From: Octopus vulgaris
Taxonomy: Eukaryota
Assembly: GCA_951406725.2 (NCBI GenBank)
Contig: OX597815.1
Coordinates: 93,310,001 to 93,374,000, forward strand
Length of the DNA stretch: 64,000 nt
Direction of reading: 5' to 3'
Below, piece after piece: positions 40,065 to 52,740 of the stretch (positions within the stretch are counted from its first letter, which is position 1; every line of letters begins with the position of its first letter). A model generated the notes under the pieces. It ran no database searches. It saw nothing but the letters and a program-made list of their open reading frames with translations, and was not told where the DNA came from. The translations under genes and the position numbers were made by a program.

Positions 40065-42139
40065 GGGGTGTACATATTGACAAGTATTTTTTATTGATCC
40101 AGTGAAATGGTTTTGAACTACTACAGGTAAGCATTCCTAAAGGGATTAAACTAGCTAACTGATTGAAAAATATACTAATTTGATAATATTAACTTCTGTG
40201 TCTCTTTGACAGAAATATTTGAATGATGGAGACAGAAACGAATATGGCTTTAAAAGATATTAGAAATAAGAAGTTTGTTAGTATAATAAACAAGAAACTA
40301 AACTTCTGAGTATTCTTTACAACTGGGGTATGTATCTTATGCTAACAACAGAAAGTAAAAAGAGGCATTTTGGACATTATAATTATATTCCATATTACGT
40401 ATTTGGTTCTTAAAACTGTTATAGTTTCAAATAATATCATTATAATCATTATAATTAAAGAAATGATAATAAAAAATTATTATTATTATTATTATGTTGA
40501 GCAACCATATATAGCTGTGTATCTATTGGACCAGGTTCCTTCATTGGATATCTATAATTATATATGCTGTAATAGATCTAAGAAAGAGACTCATTCATTT
40601 ACTGGTCTCAATCAGAATGAATAAAAAACAAAAAAAATTTAACAATCCAATAAGGGAACCTCTTATACAGTCACTTAAACCTGTGAGTAATAGCAGCCAG
40701 TTCTCCCTCAAATCACACCCTCTTGACTTAAGGAAAGGTGGTGCACAATAAATGATGTAATCCCAGATACACAACATCCAAGAGAAAGAGGAGACTGGGC
40801 TTTCTGAATTAGTGTTGAATTGAAGCTAAACAACAACCAGGAAGCTCTAAACAGTGTACCTGAAAGATACTTCATAGTTTATCAATTTGACATGATTATA
40901 TATATTTTATAAAAACTAATTCAACAACTATTAATTCTAATTACAATAATGAAGTTGTCTGCAGAAATGAAAATTAAGTTAATAAATGTCTTGCCACAAC
41001 TAATTTGCAGTAGTAGCTCTGTTTTCTTTTAACAATGACACTGCAGTAAATGTGCTAAGCTACTAACCACGAGGTCACCAGTTCACACATAGCAATCATC
41101 ATTATCACACACCCTTGGATTTCAGTCAACCCACTTCCCCAACTTCTTGGTTGGGTGCTTATCAGCAGGAAGGGTACTCAGCTGTAATAACATCACCTTC
41201 TACCCACCCTGATGACAAAAAGGAAAACTTTGTGCTTTCTCTCTCTCTCTCTCTCAGCAATTATGATGATGAGGATTTCTCAATTACAAAGATTTAGAGA
41301 AATGGAGAAAGAAGGAATTTAAAGGAATGATGTCTTTGCTGACAAAACCAGTGTACATTATTCTGGTGTGGAATAAAGTTTACCACCGTACAAGAATAAC
41401 TGCTAATTATTATTAGCATTATGATTATTTTATGCTGTAGCATTGCACTACATTTTCAGCAAGCCAAGCAAATACACTCCAACATTTTTTTTTAAAAAAC
41501 ATTGGTTAAGTGGCTCTAATTAAAGGAAATCATCATCATCATCATTTAATTATTAGTGCATGCTATCATTTTATAATTACACCTGCACTGTCTTGGGTGT
41601 GTACATTTAAAAAAAAAATATGTGGTTAATAGTGTGCATAAGATGAGTATACAGCCATGTAGTAATTTATCATTTATTATTACTATTATTATTATTATTA
41701 TTATCATCATCACCACCACAGCTGTTCTTTCGCTGCTTTCTTTTCCCTTCAATACTTTGTATATGCAGGTCTCTGAGCCAACAAGTGTTCATCTCAATAT
41801 TCTGTTCCAAGCAAAACAGTCTTTTGGAAATATTCCAGATATATAAACCTATTTATCATTATTATTATTATAATCATTATAATTAAAGAAATAATAATAA
41901 AAAATTATTATTACTAAAAAAAAAGAAAAAATATTAATAGTAATAGATGGCATTAACAGCAGAAAACCATGTTGAATTTTGAGTAGTATTTAGTTACATC
42001 TCTTTAGATTCTCAGTTCAAATTTTACCCTGGATTAACTTAGTCTCCCTACTAGGGGTCAATAAAATAATATAAGTAAATATTCCTCGTATTTGTTTCAA
42101 ACAACTATACTTTGTCTCTGCGTGTATACATAATAAATT

Positions 42140-42510
42140 ATTGGTTTCAAATTTTGGCACGGGGGATAGAATAAGTTGATTACACTGATCCCAGTGCTCA
42201 AATGGTACTTATTTTATCAACCCTGAAAGGATGAAAGGCAAAGTCAACCTCAGCAGAATTTGAACACCAGTATAATTAGATTGTTGTTGTAATTAGTAAG
42301 GCAGTGAACTGGCAGAATCATTAGCATGCTGGGCAAAATGCTTAGCATCATTTTGTCTGTCTTTACATTCTGTGTTCAAATTCTACCAAGGTTGACTTTG
42401 CCTTTCATCCTATCAGGGTTGATAAATTAAGTACTAGTCAAGCACTGGGGTCAATGTGATTATCCCTCTCCCTCAAATTTCAGGCCGTGTGCCTATAGTA
42501 GAAACAATTA
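42140..42510. mobile_element. Head-to-head pair of SINE family B copies
   Basis: Minus copy about 42140-42266, plus copy about 42298-42510. Confidence 0.75.
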
Positions 42511-44034
42511 TTATTATTATTATTGACCTGTGTATTCCACCCACACGTAACAAGAAAACTTTTCACACATCTTACCCCAACAAACCAATCTACATCTCTT
42601 CTCTTCCTCCTTCATACACGAAAGCCAACCTCTCACTCTCCAATCCTGTTCTCATGGCCTTGTTCCTCTGTATTATTGCTATCCGGTAGCCCCACTGACA
42701 CTATATATACCCAAGTTTACACCACCCCTGCTCTCCACACTCTCTAATCATGCTTCCTCGCAATATCTTGCCACTTATATTATGACATTTGAACATCAAG
42801 GGTATGCCTTGGCACTTGCCACCAGCTATGTCTCTCTCTTCTTTTACTCAACCATTCCATTTATATTCTGATCCTCATCCCCTTTGAGAATGCCACCATC
42901 TCTATCCTGCTGTTTCACACTTTCTCTCTCCTTCCCCTGCACTTCCCTCAGGTTGGTAATCATGCATTTCCTTTGCAGCAGTGCACCTGTTTCTGTCTTC
43001 CTTCTTGAGCTCGAGCTCTCTCCCTCCCTCCCTTCCCAGCCTAGTAATCTTGTACCTCCTCTACAGCAAGACACCTGTTTCTGTCTCTTTATCTCACTAT
43101 AACCTTTCATCACCTGACACAAGATCACCTCCACCAATACCCCCTCCCCTCTCAAAAGAAATTTTTCTTTTCTTGCAAGTACTTGGTGACTCAGTCCACA
43201 CTGTAAAGTGGTTGGTGTTTAGAAGGGCATCCAGTTGTAAAAACCTTGCCAAATCTGATCTCGTCTGTGCATGTACCACATAAAAAGCATTATGTCCACT
43301 CTGCTAAGTGGTTGGTGTTAGAAAGGGCATCCAGCTATAAAAATCCTACCAAAACAGTTGCAAAATTTTGGTGCAGGTTTCTGTCTGGCTGGCTCCTGTC
43401 AAACTGTGCCCCCCATGCCAGCATGGATGGAGGGCATTAAGTAATGATGATGAATTAATCAATTAACTAATTAAGCATTATGGAATGGTAGAATCAGTGG
43501 AATACCTGATACCTTTCAGTATTTAGATGTGTAGCTGTATGTTGTGATTTCAAATCCTGCAAAAGTTGACATTTCAGCTTTCTGATATAGATTAAATAAG
43601 CACCAGTTATGTAGTGGAGCTAATTTAATTTCCTACACTCATCACCCACATTGTGCCTAGCTTGAAATTTTATGGTTAATTAATTTGATGTTAAAACTGT
43701 CAGAATAAGGGACTAAATGTAAAGACCAGCTGAAATATCATGTGACTGACAGACTAGATGAGGAAAGAAAATGTTATCCTGTTTGTCATATATTAATGAT
43801 ATACTGGGTTAGCATAAAGAAAATAATGCTGATCCATTCTCAACAAATGGGGAAGTAATGACTCCACAAATGGAGTCAAAGAAAAATTAAGATAAATTTG
43901 TAGTGTATTTTCAAATAGTCATAGACAAGGGATGAAATTTTGCCAATTGTGGAAGGTATCCAAGAGAAGTTTTGATTTGATAATTATACATGTCAGTGAA
44001 CACTCATTCACACACATAACCACTAACAGAGGGC

Positions 44035-44210
44035 TCAGCTTGCTAGAAACAGCAAAATAGCAGCCAAATTTCCCTTTAATCATACCCTGCTGCCTTTAAG
44101 AAAAGGTAGAGCACATTGACTAATGTAGTTTTAGAAACACTGTCCAAATAAAAGATAAGATAGCCATAACAAGAACGCTTTCAGTCGTAGGTCTACAGTA
44201 ACATTGCTGA
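44035..44210 (+). repeat. Old dispersed repeat family (unclassified)
   Basis: tgctagaaacagc...agccaaatttccct..aatcacaccc motif recurs near 36390, 40690, 51545, 53800 and, inverted, near 15700 and 55680. Confidence 0.5.
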
Positions 44211-44661
44211 GCAAGTGCAGTTATATGACTGAGCAGAAGTAGGATCAAATTGTTTTATCATCTCTATGTCTTCTGCTACTCATTAACAATCTTGCCACTT
44301 TATATGACAACACTTAAATCCATTAATCCCACCAACACTCTTTGTTTCAATGTTTTATACACCTGCCTAAAACCCTGCCCAATCCAGAACCAAAATTTCA
44401 GCATACTGGAATTTCTGTTCAACTACTAACTTACAGTAGTTGAAATTTGAATATTATCTGCAGTATTCTCTCCCAATTATCCCCCTACTACAACTAAGAC
44501 AGGAGGTTTTACAAGATCCTACTAGAAATAACATCCAAATCTCTTGGGATAATATAATCCTAGCTACTTTATGTATGAAAAACAATTATGGAATAATCAT
44601 GGCCAAAGTATTTTTAATTACAGGACTGCTGGATTAAGGCTTATCTGGGGTTAAACAGCAA

Positions 44662-44699
<38 letters not shown>

Positions 44700-44919
44700 C
44701 AGTGTATGAAGATAAGTCTGCAAGAGAATTTTATACATATTTATTTCAAATTGAAGAACTGAATATAACTCTGAATAACTTGCTGAGAGTAGCTTTCAAA
44801 TAAACTCAAAGCAATATATTGCATTGAATTTCTCACTTGAAATATATATTATTTGCATGACTAATGTAGTGGGGAGTACTATCTTCTTTGCTTGTACTGA
44901 TTATATTATTACTATTATG

Positions 44920-45835
44920 AAGGCAGTGAGCTGGCAGAATTGTAAACATGTTGGGCAAAATGCTTAGTGACATTTCGTCCATCTTTATATTCTGAGTTCA
45001 AATTCTATCATGGTTGAGTTCACCTTCCATCCTTTCAGGGGTCAATAAAATAAGTACCAGTTGAGTACTGGAGTCGATGTAATTGACCTACCCCTGCTTC
45101 TAAAGTTGCTGGCTTCGTGCCAACATTTGAAACCATTAATAATAATAATCCTTTCAACTATAGGTACAAGGCCTGAAATTTGGGGGAGGGGGCTAGTTGA
45201 TTACATCGACCCCAGTGCATCACTGGTACTTAATTTATCAACGCTGAAAGGATGAAAGGCCAAGTCGACCCCAGCAGAATTTGAATTCAGAATATAAGGA
45301 CAGAGGAAATACCTATTCCTTTACTACCCACAAGGGGCTAAACACAAGAGAGGAGAAACAAGGACAGACAAATGGATTAAGTCGATTATATCGGCCCCAG
45401 TGCATAACTGGTGCTTAATTTATCGACCCCGAAAGGATGAAAGGCAAAGTCGACTGCGGCGGAATTTGAACTCAGAACATAAAGACAGAAAAAATACCGC
45501 TAAGCGTTTTGTCTGGCGCACTAATGATTCTGTCAGCTTGCCACCTTATTATTATCATTAACAATAATAAGGAGGAGGAGGGGAGGGGAAGAGGAGGAGA
45601 AGAAGAAGAATAGTTGGTTTCAAATTTTGGCACAAGGCTAGCAATTTTTAGGAGGAGGGAGCAAGTTGATGACATCAACCCCAGCACTTGACTGGTACTT
45701 TATTTTATTGCCCCAAAAGGATGAAATTCAAAGATGACCACAGTGGGAATTGAACACAGAATGTAAAGAATTGGAAGAAATGCCACTAAGTATTTTGCCT
45801 GATGTGTTGACAATTCTGTCAGCTCATTGACTTAA
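44920..45835. mobile_element. Cluster of four SINE family B copies, one + followed by three -
   Basis: Repeated matches to 52525-52740 in both orientations, separated by (AAT)n or (GAG)n. Confidence 0.8.
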
Positions 45836-46834
45836 TAACAATGATAATGTATATACTTCGTAAGCAATTAGAAAATCACTCTAAAATTAAAGGTAGGGTT
45901 TGGCTAGCAGGTGTTGAGACAAATTTTGTTTACAAAATTCAAATATAAGCAACTTTTCGAAAAAGGAAGATACAGATAAATAGCTTACGTAAAGATAACA
46001 TTTCAAATATGATGTAAACTGAAATTATAAAGGATAAAAGAAATCAAACCACCACTGCCAACCATCCCCTTAAATGAAAAGAATCAACAAGGTGTCAGAG
46101 GTTTTCTAAAGGAATTTTTTTACATTCAACAGATTTTCATTAAAGAGAAAAAGGAGAAGGTGGGTGGGTTAAAAACAATCTTCCACATTTCCACCATCTT
46201 CTATTCTACTAAGAAAGAATTTTCTCTCTCTTTTTTTTTTGTTCTCTTCACCACCACCACCAACACCATCACAAACACAAACACTACCCACGTGCCTCCT
46301 TCTCCTCCCGCTATGTTTTGGGAATTCTAAAGCAAACTGGAAACTACGAAAAAAGGAGGAAGTTGTGGAGTGATGTGTGAAAAGAAGATGACAGTTAAGG
46401 AGTAGGAGGATCAACAGCAGAGAGAAAACATAAGAGTGAATTCAACAAGCAGATCTGTTTGAAGGAAGCTAACCCAATTATTCTTGACTACTCAAGTCAA
46501 CAACTGTGTGATTCATGAATTGGGATCATTCTAACAAACCAGAAATCAATCCCCACCCATAAGCCAGAAATCAATCCCCACCCACCAAGCCTGCACTCAA
46601 CCCCCAACCATTACTACACTCACCACCATCTGCTAACTGTACTGTAGTGACTACAAAGCAAAGAGAATTAAGGGAAACAGAGAGCCCATTTTTTTCCATG
46701 ATGCATAACTATGTCTCATCTTCACAGGAAGTGATGCATTATCAGGCATAAATGGTTCATTTAAGAGGGTGATGATGGTAAAATGATGGCGGTGTTAGTA
46801 TTGGGAGAGGAGAAAGGCGGGAGAGGAGGAAGGA

Positions 46835-46850
46835 GGGAGGGAAGGGAGGG
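46835..46850 (+). other. Canonical G-quadruplex motif GGGAGGGAAGGGAGGG within a purine tract
   Basis: Four G3 runs with 1-2 nt loops. Confidence 0.6.
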
Positions 46851-47033
46851 AGAGTTTGCAGAAGAGATCAATATTGTAAAACTGAGTGCTGGGGCTTGCA
46901 GAGAATATCACTGAGGTTGGGTTGCTCTTTAACAGAGTAAAATGCCAACATCACCAAAGTCCATTTCATTGTGGGACATAGAAGAGTTAATTTGAGTATA
47001 TTTCAACTCTGACTAATCAACCATTAGTAAAAA

Positions 47034-47074
47034 GTGGTGATGGTGGTGGTGGTGGTGGTAGCAGTAGTAGTAGC

Positions 47075-47115
<41 letters not shown>

Positions 47116-47230
47116 GAGCAGTATTAATGATGATAGCAACTTTATTAGATATAATTATAGTAGTTGTAGCAGCAGCATTAATATCATTATTATTTAGTAG
47201 TAGTAGTAGCAGCAGCAGCAGTGGTAGTCA
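47034..47230. repeat. Compound (GTG)n/(GTA)n/(GCA)n trinucleotide repeat
   Basis: Direct inspection; source of the spurious poly-Val ORF. Confidence 0.9.
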
Positions 47231-47549
47231 CATTAATAATGATAGCAGTATTATTGGTAGTATTACACCCTTTAAAACTGCTAGTCTTGTGCCTAAATTA
47301 GAAACCAAGTTATTATTAATAGTAATATAAGTAATTAGTAGTGGTGATGATGATAATAGCTGTGGCACCAGTAATTGTGGTCATAGTTGTTGTAGTTAAC
47401 AGTATTAGCAGCAGCAGAGTTAGAACAATCACATAACCTTGCAAAACTTTTGTTTTTGTTTTCTTATGAATCAAAGATTATCATCATTGCTGCCGCCACT
47501 ACTATTACTACTACTACTACGACGACGACGACGAAGAAGAATCTTAAAG

Positions 47550-47885
47550 AAAGAGAAAGAAAAATAAAGAATATACAATCCTTCAAAATTTGAAATAGGA
47601 AGAATTTGGAGCATGTGAACAGTAAAAGTTGTGCCTGTAACAATTGGTGCGTTGGGAACAGCAAGCCAAGATATGGACAAATGCCTGAAGGAAATTGAAA
47701 CAGAATGCCCAGTAGAGCTCCTACAGATAGTTTGCCTGTTATGGACAGCAAGGATTATCAGGAGAGTTTTAAGCACTTGAAAGACTGCCAAAAGCGTGTG
47801 GATATCTAAGGTTACAAGTGGTAACTTGCTACCACATAAATCCTACCAGGAATAAGACCAAAGCTGAACTTTGTTTCTCTAATAA
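47550..47885 (+). mobile_element. 3' end of an R4/Dong-like non-LTR retrotransposon (restriction-like endonuclease C-terminus)
   Basis: Reads FEIGRIWSM*TVKVVPVTIGALGTASQDMDKCLKEIETECPVELLQIVCLLWTARIIRRVLST*, the typical VVPVxIGALG...TARIxRxVL terminus. Embedded among trinucleotide microsatellites. Confidence 0.75.
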
Positions 47886-50297
47886 TAGTTTCAATTTTTT
47901 CCACGAGGGCAGCAATTTTGGGGGAAGGGATGAGTCAATTACGTTGACCCCAGTGTTCAGCTGGTACTTATTTTATTGACCCCTAAAAGGGATGAAAGAC
48001 AAAGTCAACCTCTGCCGAAATTCAACTCAGAATGTAAAGATAGATGAAATGCCATGAACCATTTTGCCCAGCTCATTTTGCTAGCTCACCAACTTTATCA
48101 TTATCACCATCATTTAACATCCGCTTTCCATGCTGGCATGGGTTGGACGGTTTGACTGAAAACTGGTTTGGCAAGGTTTCTATGGCTGGATGCTCTTCCT
48201 AATGCCAACTACTCCAAGAGTGTAGTGAGTATTTTTTACGTGCCAATGATCTGACACTGGCATCGGCTGTGACTATGGTCTCACAGGTCTACGATCTTGA
48301 CAGGTCTACACAAGCACAGTATACCACCAAAGGTCTTGGTCACCTATCACTGCCTCCACAAATGGTGCTTTTCACATGCCAGTCAGGTGGCACTGACATT
48401 GGCCATGACTATGATTTCACTTGGTTCAACAGGTCTTCACAAGCACAGCATATCATCCAATGGCTGAAGGGTGCTTTCAATGGGTCAGTTATGCAACACT
48501 AGCATTGGCCACAACTACAATCTCACTTGGCTTGATATCACTGCCTCCATGAGGCCCAATGTTTGAATGGTGCTTTTTACATGCCACCAGCAAAGGTATT
48601 AGCCAGACAGCACTGGCATCGGTCACAACTATGATTTCACTTGGCTTGACAGCCTTCACAAGCACAGCATATTGTCCAACAACTGAAGAGTGCTTTTAAC
48701 AGGTCAGTTATGCGACACTAATAATAATCCTTTCTATTATAGGTACAAGGCCTGAAATCTTATGGGGAGGGGGCAAGTCGATGGCATTGACCCCAGTATT
48801 TCACTGGTATTTTATATTATTGACTCTGAAAGGATGAAAGGCAAAGCTGACCTCAGCAGAGTTTGAACTCATTAAGTAATGAACCTGAAAAAAATATTAC
48901 CAAGAATTTTTTTCTGATATTCTAAGACATATTTCATCTTTTAACCTTTCTAATAATTTTCTAGCATAGGCACAAGGCCTGAAAGTTTTTTTCTTATGAA
49001 TTAATAATAATAATAATGATTACTACTACTACTACTACTACTGCTGCTGCCTGTCGCTAAGTTCTGAATTCTAATTCCGCTGAGGTTAACTTTGTCTTTC
49101 ATCCTTTTGGCATCGATAAATTAAGTACCAAGTACTGGGGTCAATGTAATTGACTATACCCCTCCCCTCAAATTCCAAGCCTTGTGCTTATAGTAGAAAG
49201 GATTATAGTTGGTGATTGGTTGGCAGAATCATTAGAATACCAGACAAAATGTTTTACATTCGATCCAGTTCTTTATGTTCAAATCCCATTAAGGTTGACT
49301 CCTCTCTTTACAAGGATCAACAAAATTAAAAGAAAAAAAAAGAAAACCTAAGTACTGGAGTTGATTTAATCAACTAACTCCTTCATGGTGTTGTGCCTGT
49401 GTTAGAAATCATTATTACTATTGATAATGTAAGTACCAGTCAAGTACCGGTGTCAATTTGTCTGATACCATCAAAATAAAATACCTGACTTTGTTACAAA
49501 TTTAGAAATTATTATTATTACTAAAGGGCAACAGAAGGTAAAATTGGTTGATTGTCAAACAAAATGTATTGTGATTCCAAGTTCAAATCCTGCTGAGGTT
49601 GACTTTGCTATTCATTTGATTTTGATAAAAATAATGTACTAGTCAAGTACTGGGATCAACATAATTGTTTTCACATCATGTCTGGCCTTGTGCCTATGCT
49701 AGTTGTTGTTACTATTATTACTTTACTGTTATTGAAGGGGTTTTTTTTTGTCTATTTATCAATATATCACTATTGTTATTGCTGATCTTTGTCATTTTAC
49801 TCAATATACTTGTTGCTTTTTCCTTATTTTGCCTTTGTACTGTCCCTAACATTTTGAGCCCTTGAAAGAAATTAATAGCTATCATCTGGCATGGTTGGGA
49901 TCCACACCAGGCTCCATTGCTTGTTCTGGCTTGGTTTCTATGACTGGATGCCCTTCCTAATGCCAGCCACTTCACAGAGTGTACTGAGTACTTTTTAAAA
50001 GGCACCAGCACCAGTGCTTTTTATGTAGATCCAGCATTGGTATCAATTTTGCTGTGCTAAAGGGGTTTTCTGAACTGGCAGAATCATTAGCTGGACGAAA
50101 TGCTTAGTGGTATTTTGCTCATCATTACATTCTGAGTTCAAATTCTACTGAGGGCAACTTTTCCATTCATCCTTTTGGGATTGATAAATTAAGTACCAGT
50201 CAAGTACTGGGGTCAATGTAATCGACTAGTCCCACCCCCCACCACAAAATTTCAGACCTTGTGCCTTCAGTAGAAAGGATTATTATCATCATCATCA

Positions 50298-50334
<37 letters not shown>

Positions 50335-50747
50335 CATCATCATTATTATTACTAAGGCTGAGAGCTGGCAGAATCATTAACATGCCAAGCATATTGCTTA
50401 GTAGAATTTCATTCAAATTCCACAAGGTCAATTTTGCCTTTCATCCTTTTGGTCAATAAAATAAGTACCAGTTGAATACTTGGGTTGATGTAATCGACTT
50501 GCCCTCTTCCCCAAAATTGCTGGCCTTGTGCCAAAATGTGAAACCATTATTATTATTATTAGCATGCTGAATAAAATGCTTAGTGACATTTTGTCCATCT
50601 TTATGTTCTGAGTTCAAATTCTGCTGAGGTTGGCTTTGCTTGTCATCCTTTCTGGATCAATAAATTAAGTACCAGTTGAGCAGTGGGGTCAATGTAATCG
50701 ATTTCCCCTCTCCTTGAAATTGCTGGTTGTGCGCCACAGCTGCCACC

Positions 50748-50779
<32 letters not shown>

Positions 50780-51230
50780 AAATTAGGTTCTGAGCTGATG
50801 GGATTGTTAGAGTGTCAGAAAACTTATTTTGTACTATTTCTTCAAACTCATTACAAACCAAGTTCAAATACCATAAAGGTTGATTTTGCCTTTCATCCAT
50901 TTGGAGTTGATAAAATAAGTACCAGTTGAGCATTGAGGTCAATGTAATTGACTAGCTCTCTCCTAACAAAATTTTGGTTCCTTGAACCTATGGTAGAAAG
51001 GATCATCATCATTATGAAGATGGTGAGCTGGCAGAATCATTGACACACCAAACAAAATGCTTAGTGGCATTACATCTGTCTTTACATTCTGAGTCAAAAT
51101 TCCGCCAACATTGATTTTACCTTTCATCCTTTCAGAGTCAGTGAAACAAGTAGTAGCTGACTACTGGGGTTGATGTAATTGACTAGTCCCCTACTCAAAA
51201 ATTTCAAGCCTTGTGTCTATAGCAGAAAGG
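47886..51230. mobile_element. Dense cluster of about a dozen SINE family B copies plus other repeats
   Basis: Recurring gagttcaaattc...gactttgcctttcatcc...gtaccagt...ggggtcaatgtaatcgac units joined by (ATT)n or (ATC)n. Confidence 0.8.
48110..48720 (-). repeat. Same repeat family with internal ~200-bp tandem duplication
   Basis: atggtgctttt...cacaagcacagcatat...ggtcagttatgc occurs twice, about 48360-48540 and 48567-48720. Confidence 0.6.
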
Positions 51231-51819
51231 AATATTATTATCATTATTTATACCATTACAATTGTCACTACACTAAATAGCTTATTGCATATGGTTGTGA
51301 AACAGCTGCAGTTCATGCTTAGCCTGACTTTCTTCTATAGGCTGACATCTAAAGGGAAAACAGGGAATCAGTTCCAAAAGGTTACAGAGCTAGAACAAAA
51401 ATGTTTGAGAAAGTATTTTCTTCGTTGTTGTTTAGCTTCTGATAATCTTGATTGATCAAGCTTTTGCTTGCAGATTCACTGATCAATTGTTTTAGATTTC
51501 TGTCTAGTCAAGGATCAGAAGTCTCTACACGGTGTTTTGACATGCTATAATGGTAACCAAATTTCCATCACACCATACCTTAAAAATAAGCGATACATAG
51601 CCAGTGCAGTCTTGTATACATTAAGTCAGTAAAGAAAATTTAAACAAATGAAGGGAAATTAAAGCAGAAAATACTTGCAGAGGAGTTTGCTGGGTAAGAA
51701 ACATCAGAAAATAGTAGAGAGGGTACACAATTTAGAAGAGGAGGAGGAGGGACAGAGCAGCAGAAAAAGAAAACAGCATGTTTGTGGGCCACTGAATAGA
51801 GACACCATTGGTCAATTAC

Positions 51820-51900
51820 CTTAGCCTTAGAGTGTTTCTGCAGCAATAGCACTACTCCAGGTATTATGTAATCCACACTCCCAATAACTTCTACCTTTAG
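51820..51900 (-). CDS. trio: Candidate 81-nt cassette exon of trio (phase 0-0)
   Basis: Long T-rich tract, then ttacag|CTA...GCT AAG|gtaatt. Encodes LKVEVIGSVDYIIPGVVLLLQKHSKAK without a stop. Confidence 0.3.
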
Positions 51901-52524
51901 CTGTAACCCAACAGTGATAAACAAAACAAAACAAAATAAACAAACAAAAAAACTTGCAAAATATAACCATAACTTTTCGCCCTTGACTGATTAAAAAACA
52001 ATCATGCTTCAATGGATTAACTATAAATGAAGCGGAAGGCTGGACTTTCTAAATATTATGTCTGGCCTTGGCATCCTGTTTAGGCAGAATTGTAAATATT
52101 GGCCATTTCATTAAAAGGAACCGCAGTTTCAGTAATTATCTCTCTCTTGCTCTCTGTGTAAAGAAAACTAATGTAATAAAATTTTATTTTGTGCTTTTAA
52201 TTATTTGGGGTACAGAGTTTTCTTTTTGTTATTAATATATATATATATGCTTAAGCTTAAGGAGCAGTGGTCATGACCTTTGCAAGCCTTTGAAAACTTG
52301 TGAGATCAGTTGATGTTTAGTAAGCTATAAAGGAAAAAAAAACCTGGGAGGAAGAGAAATCCGTAAACAGTAGTGGTATGCACAAGCTGATTCAAGAGTA
52401 GAAACAGAAATAGCATCAATAGAATAGACAGAGAGGTGACAGGACATATGTGGTAATGTGTTGATTAGTGAAATTTGGTAAAAAAATTGGATAGCTTTTA
52501 ATTATTATTATTATCATTATTATT

Positions 52525-52740
52525 AAGACGGCGAGCTGGCAGAATCCTTAGCGCGCTGGACGAAATGCTTAGCAGTATTTCGTCTGCTGTTACATTCTGG
52601 GTTCAAATTCCACTGGGGTCGACTTCGCTTTTCATCCTTTTGGGGTCGATTAAACAAGTACCAGTTACGCACTGGGGTCAATGTAATCAACTTAATCCCT
52701 TCCCCAAAATTTGAGGCATTGTGCTTCCAGTCGTAAAGAT
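52525..52740 (+). mobile_element. SINE family B, best-preserved copy
   Basis: ggcgagctggcagaatc (A-box-like)...gggttcaaattcc (B-box-like)...gtcgacttcgcttttcatcc...gtaccagt...ctggggtcaatgtaatc. Flanked by (ATT)n. Confidence 0.8.

Noticed and set aside
47034-47330. Poly-Val/Ser hydrophobic ORF resembling a membrane protein
   Set aside because: Translation of (GTG/GTA/GCA)n microsatellites.
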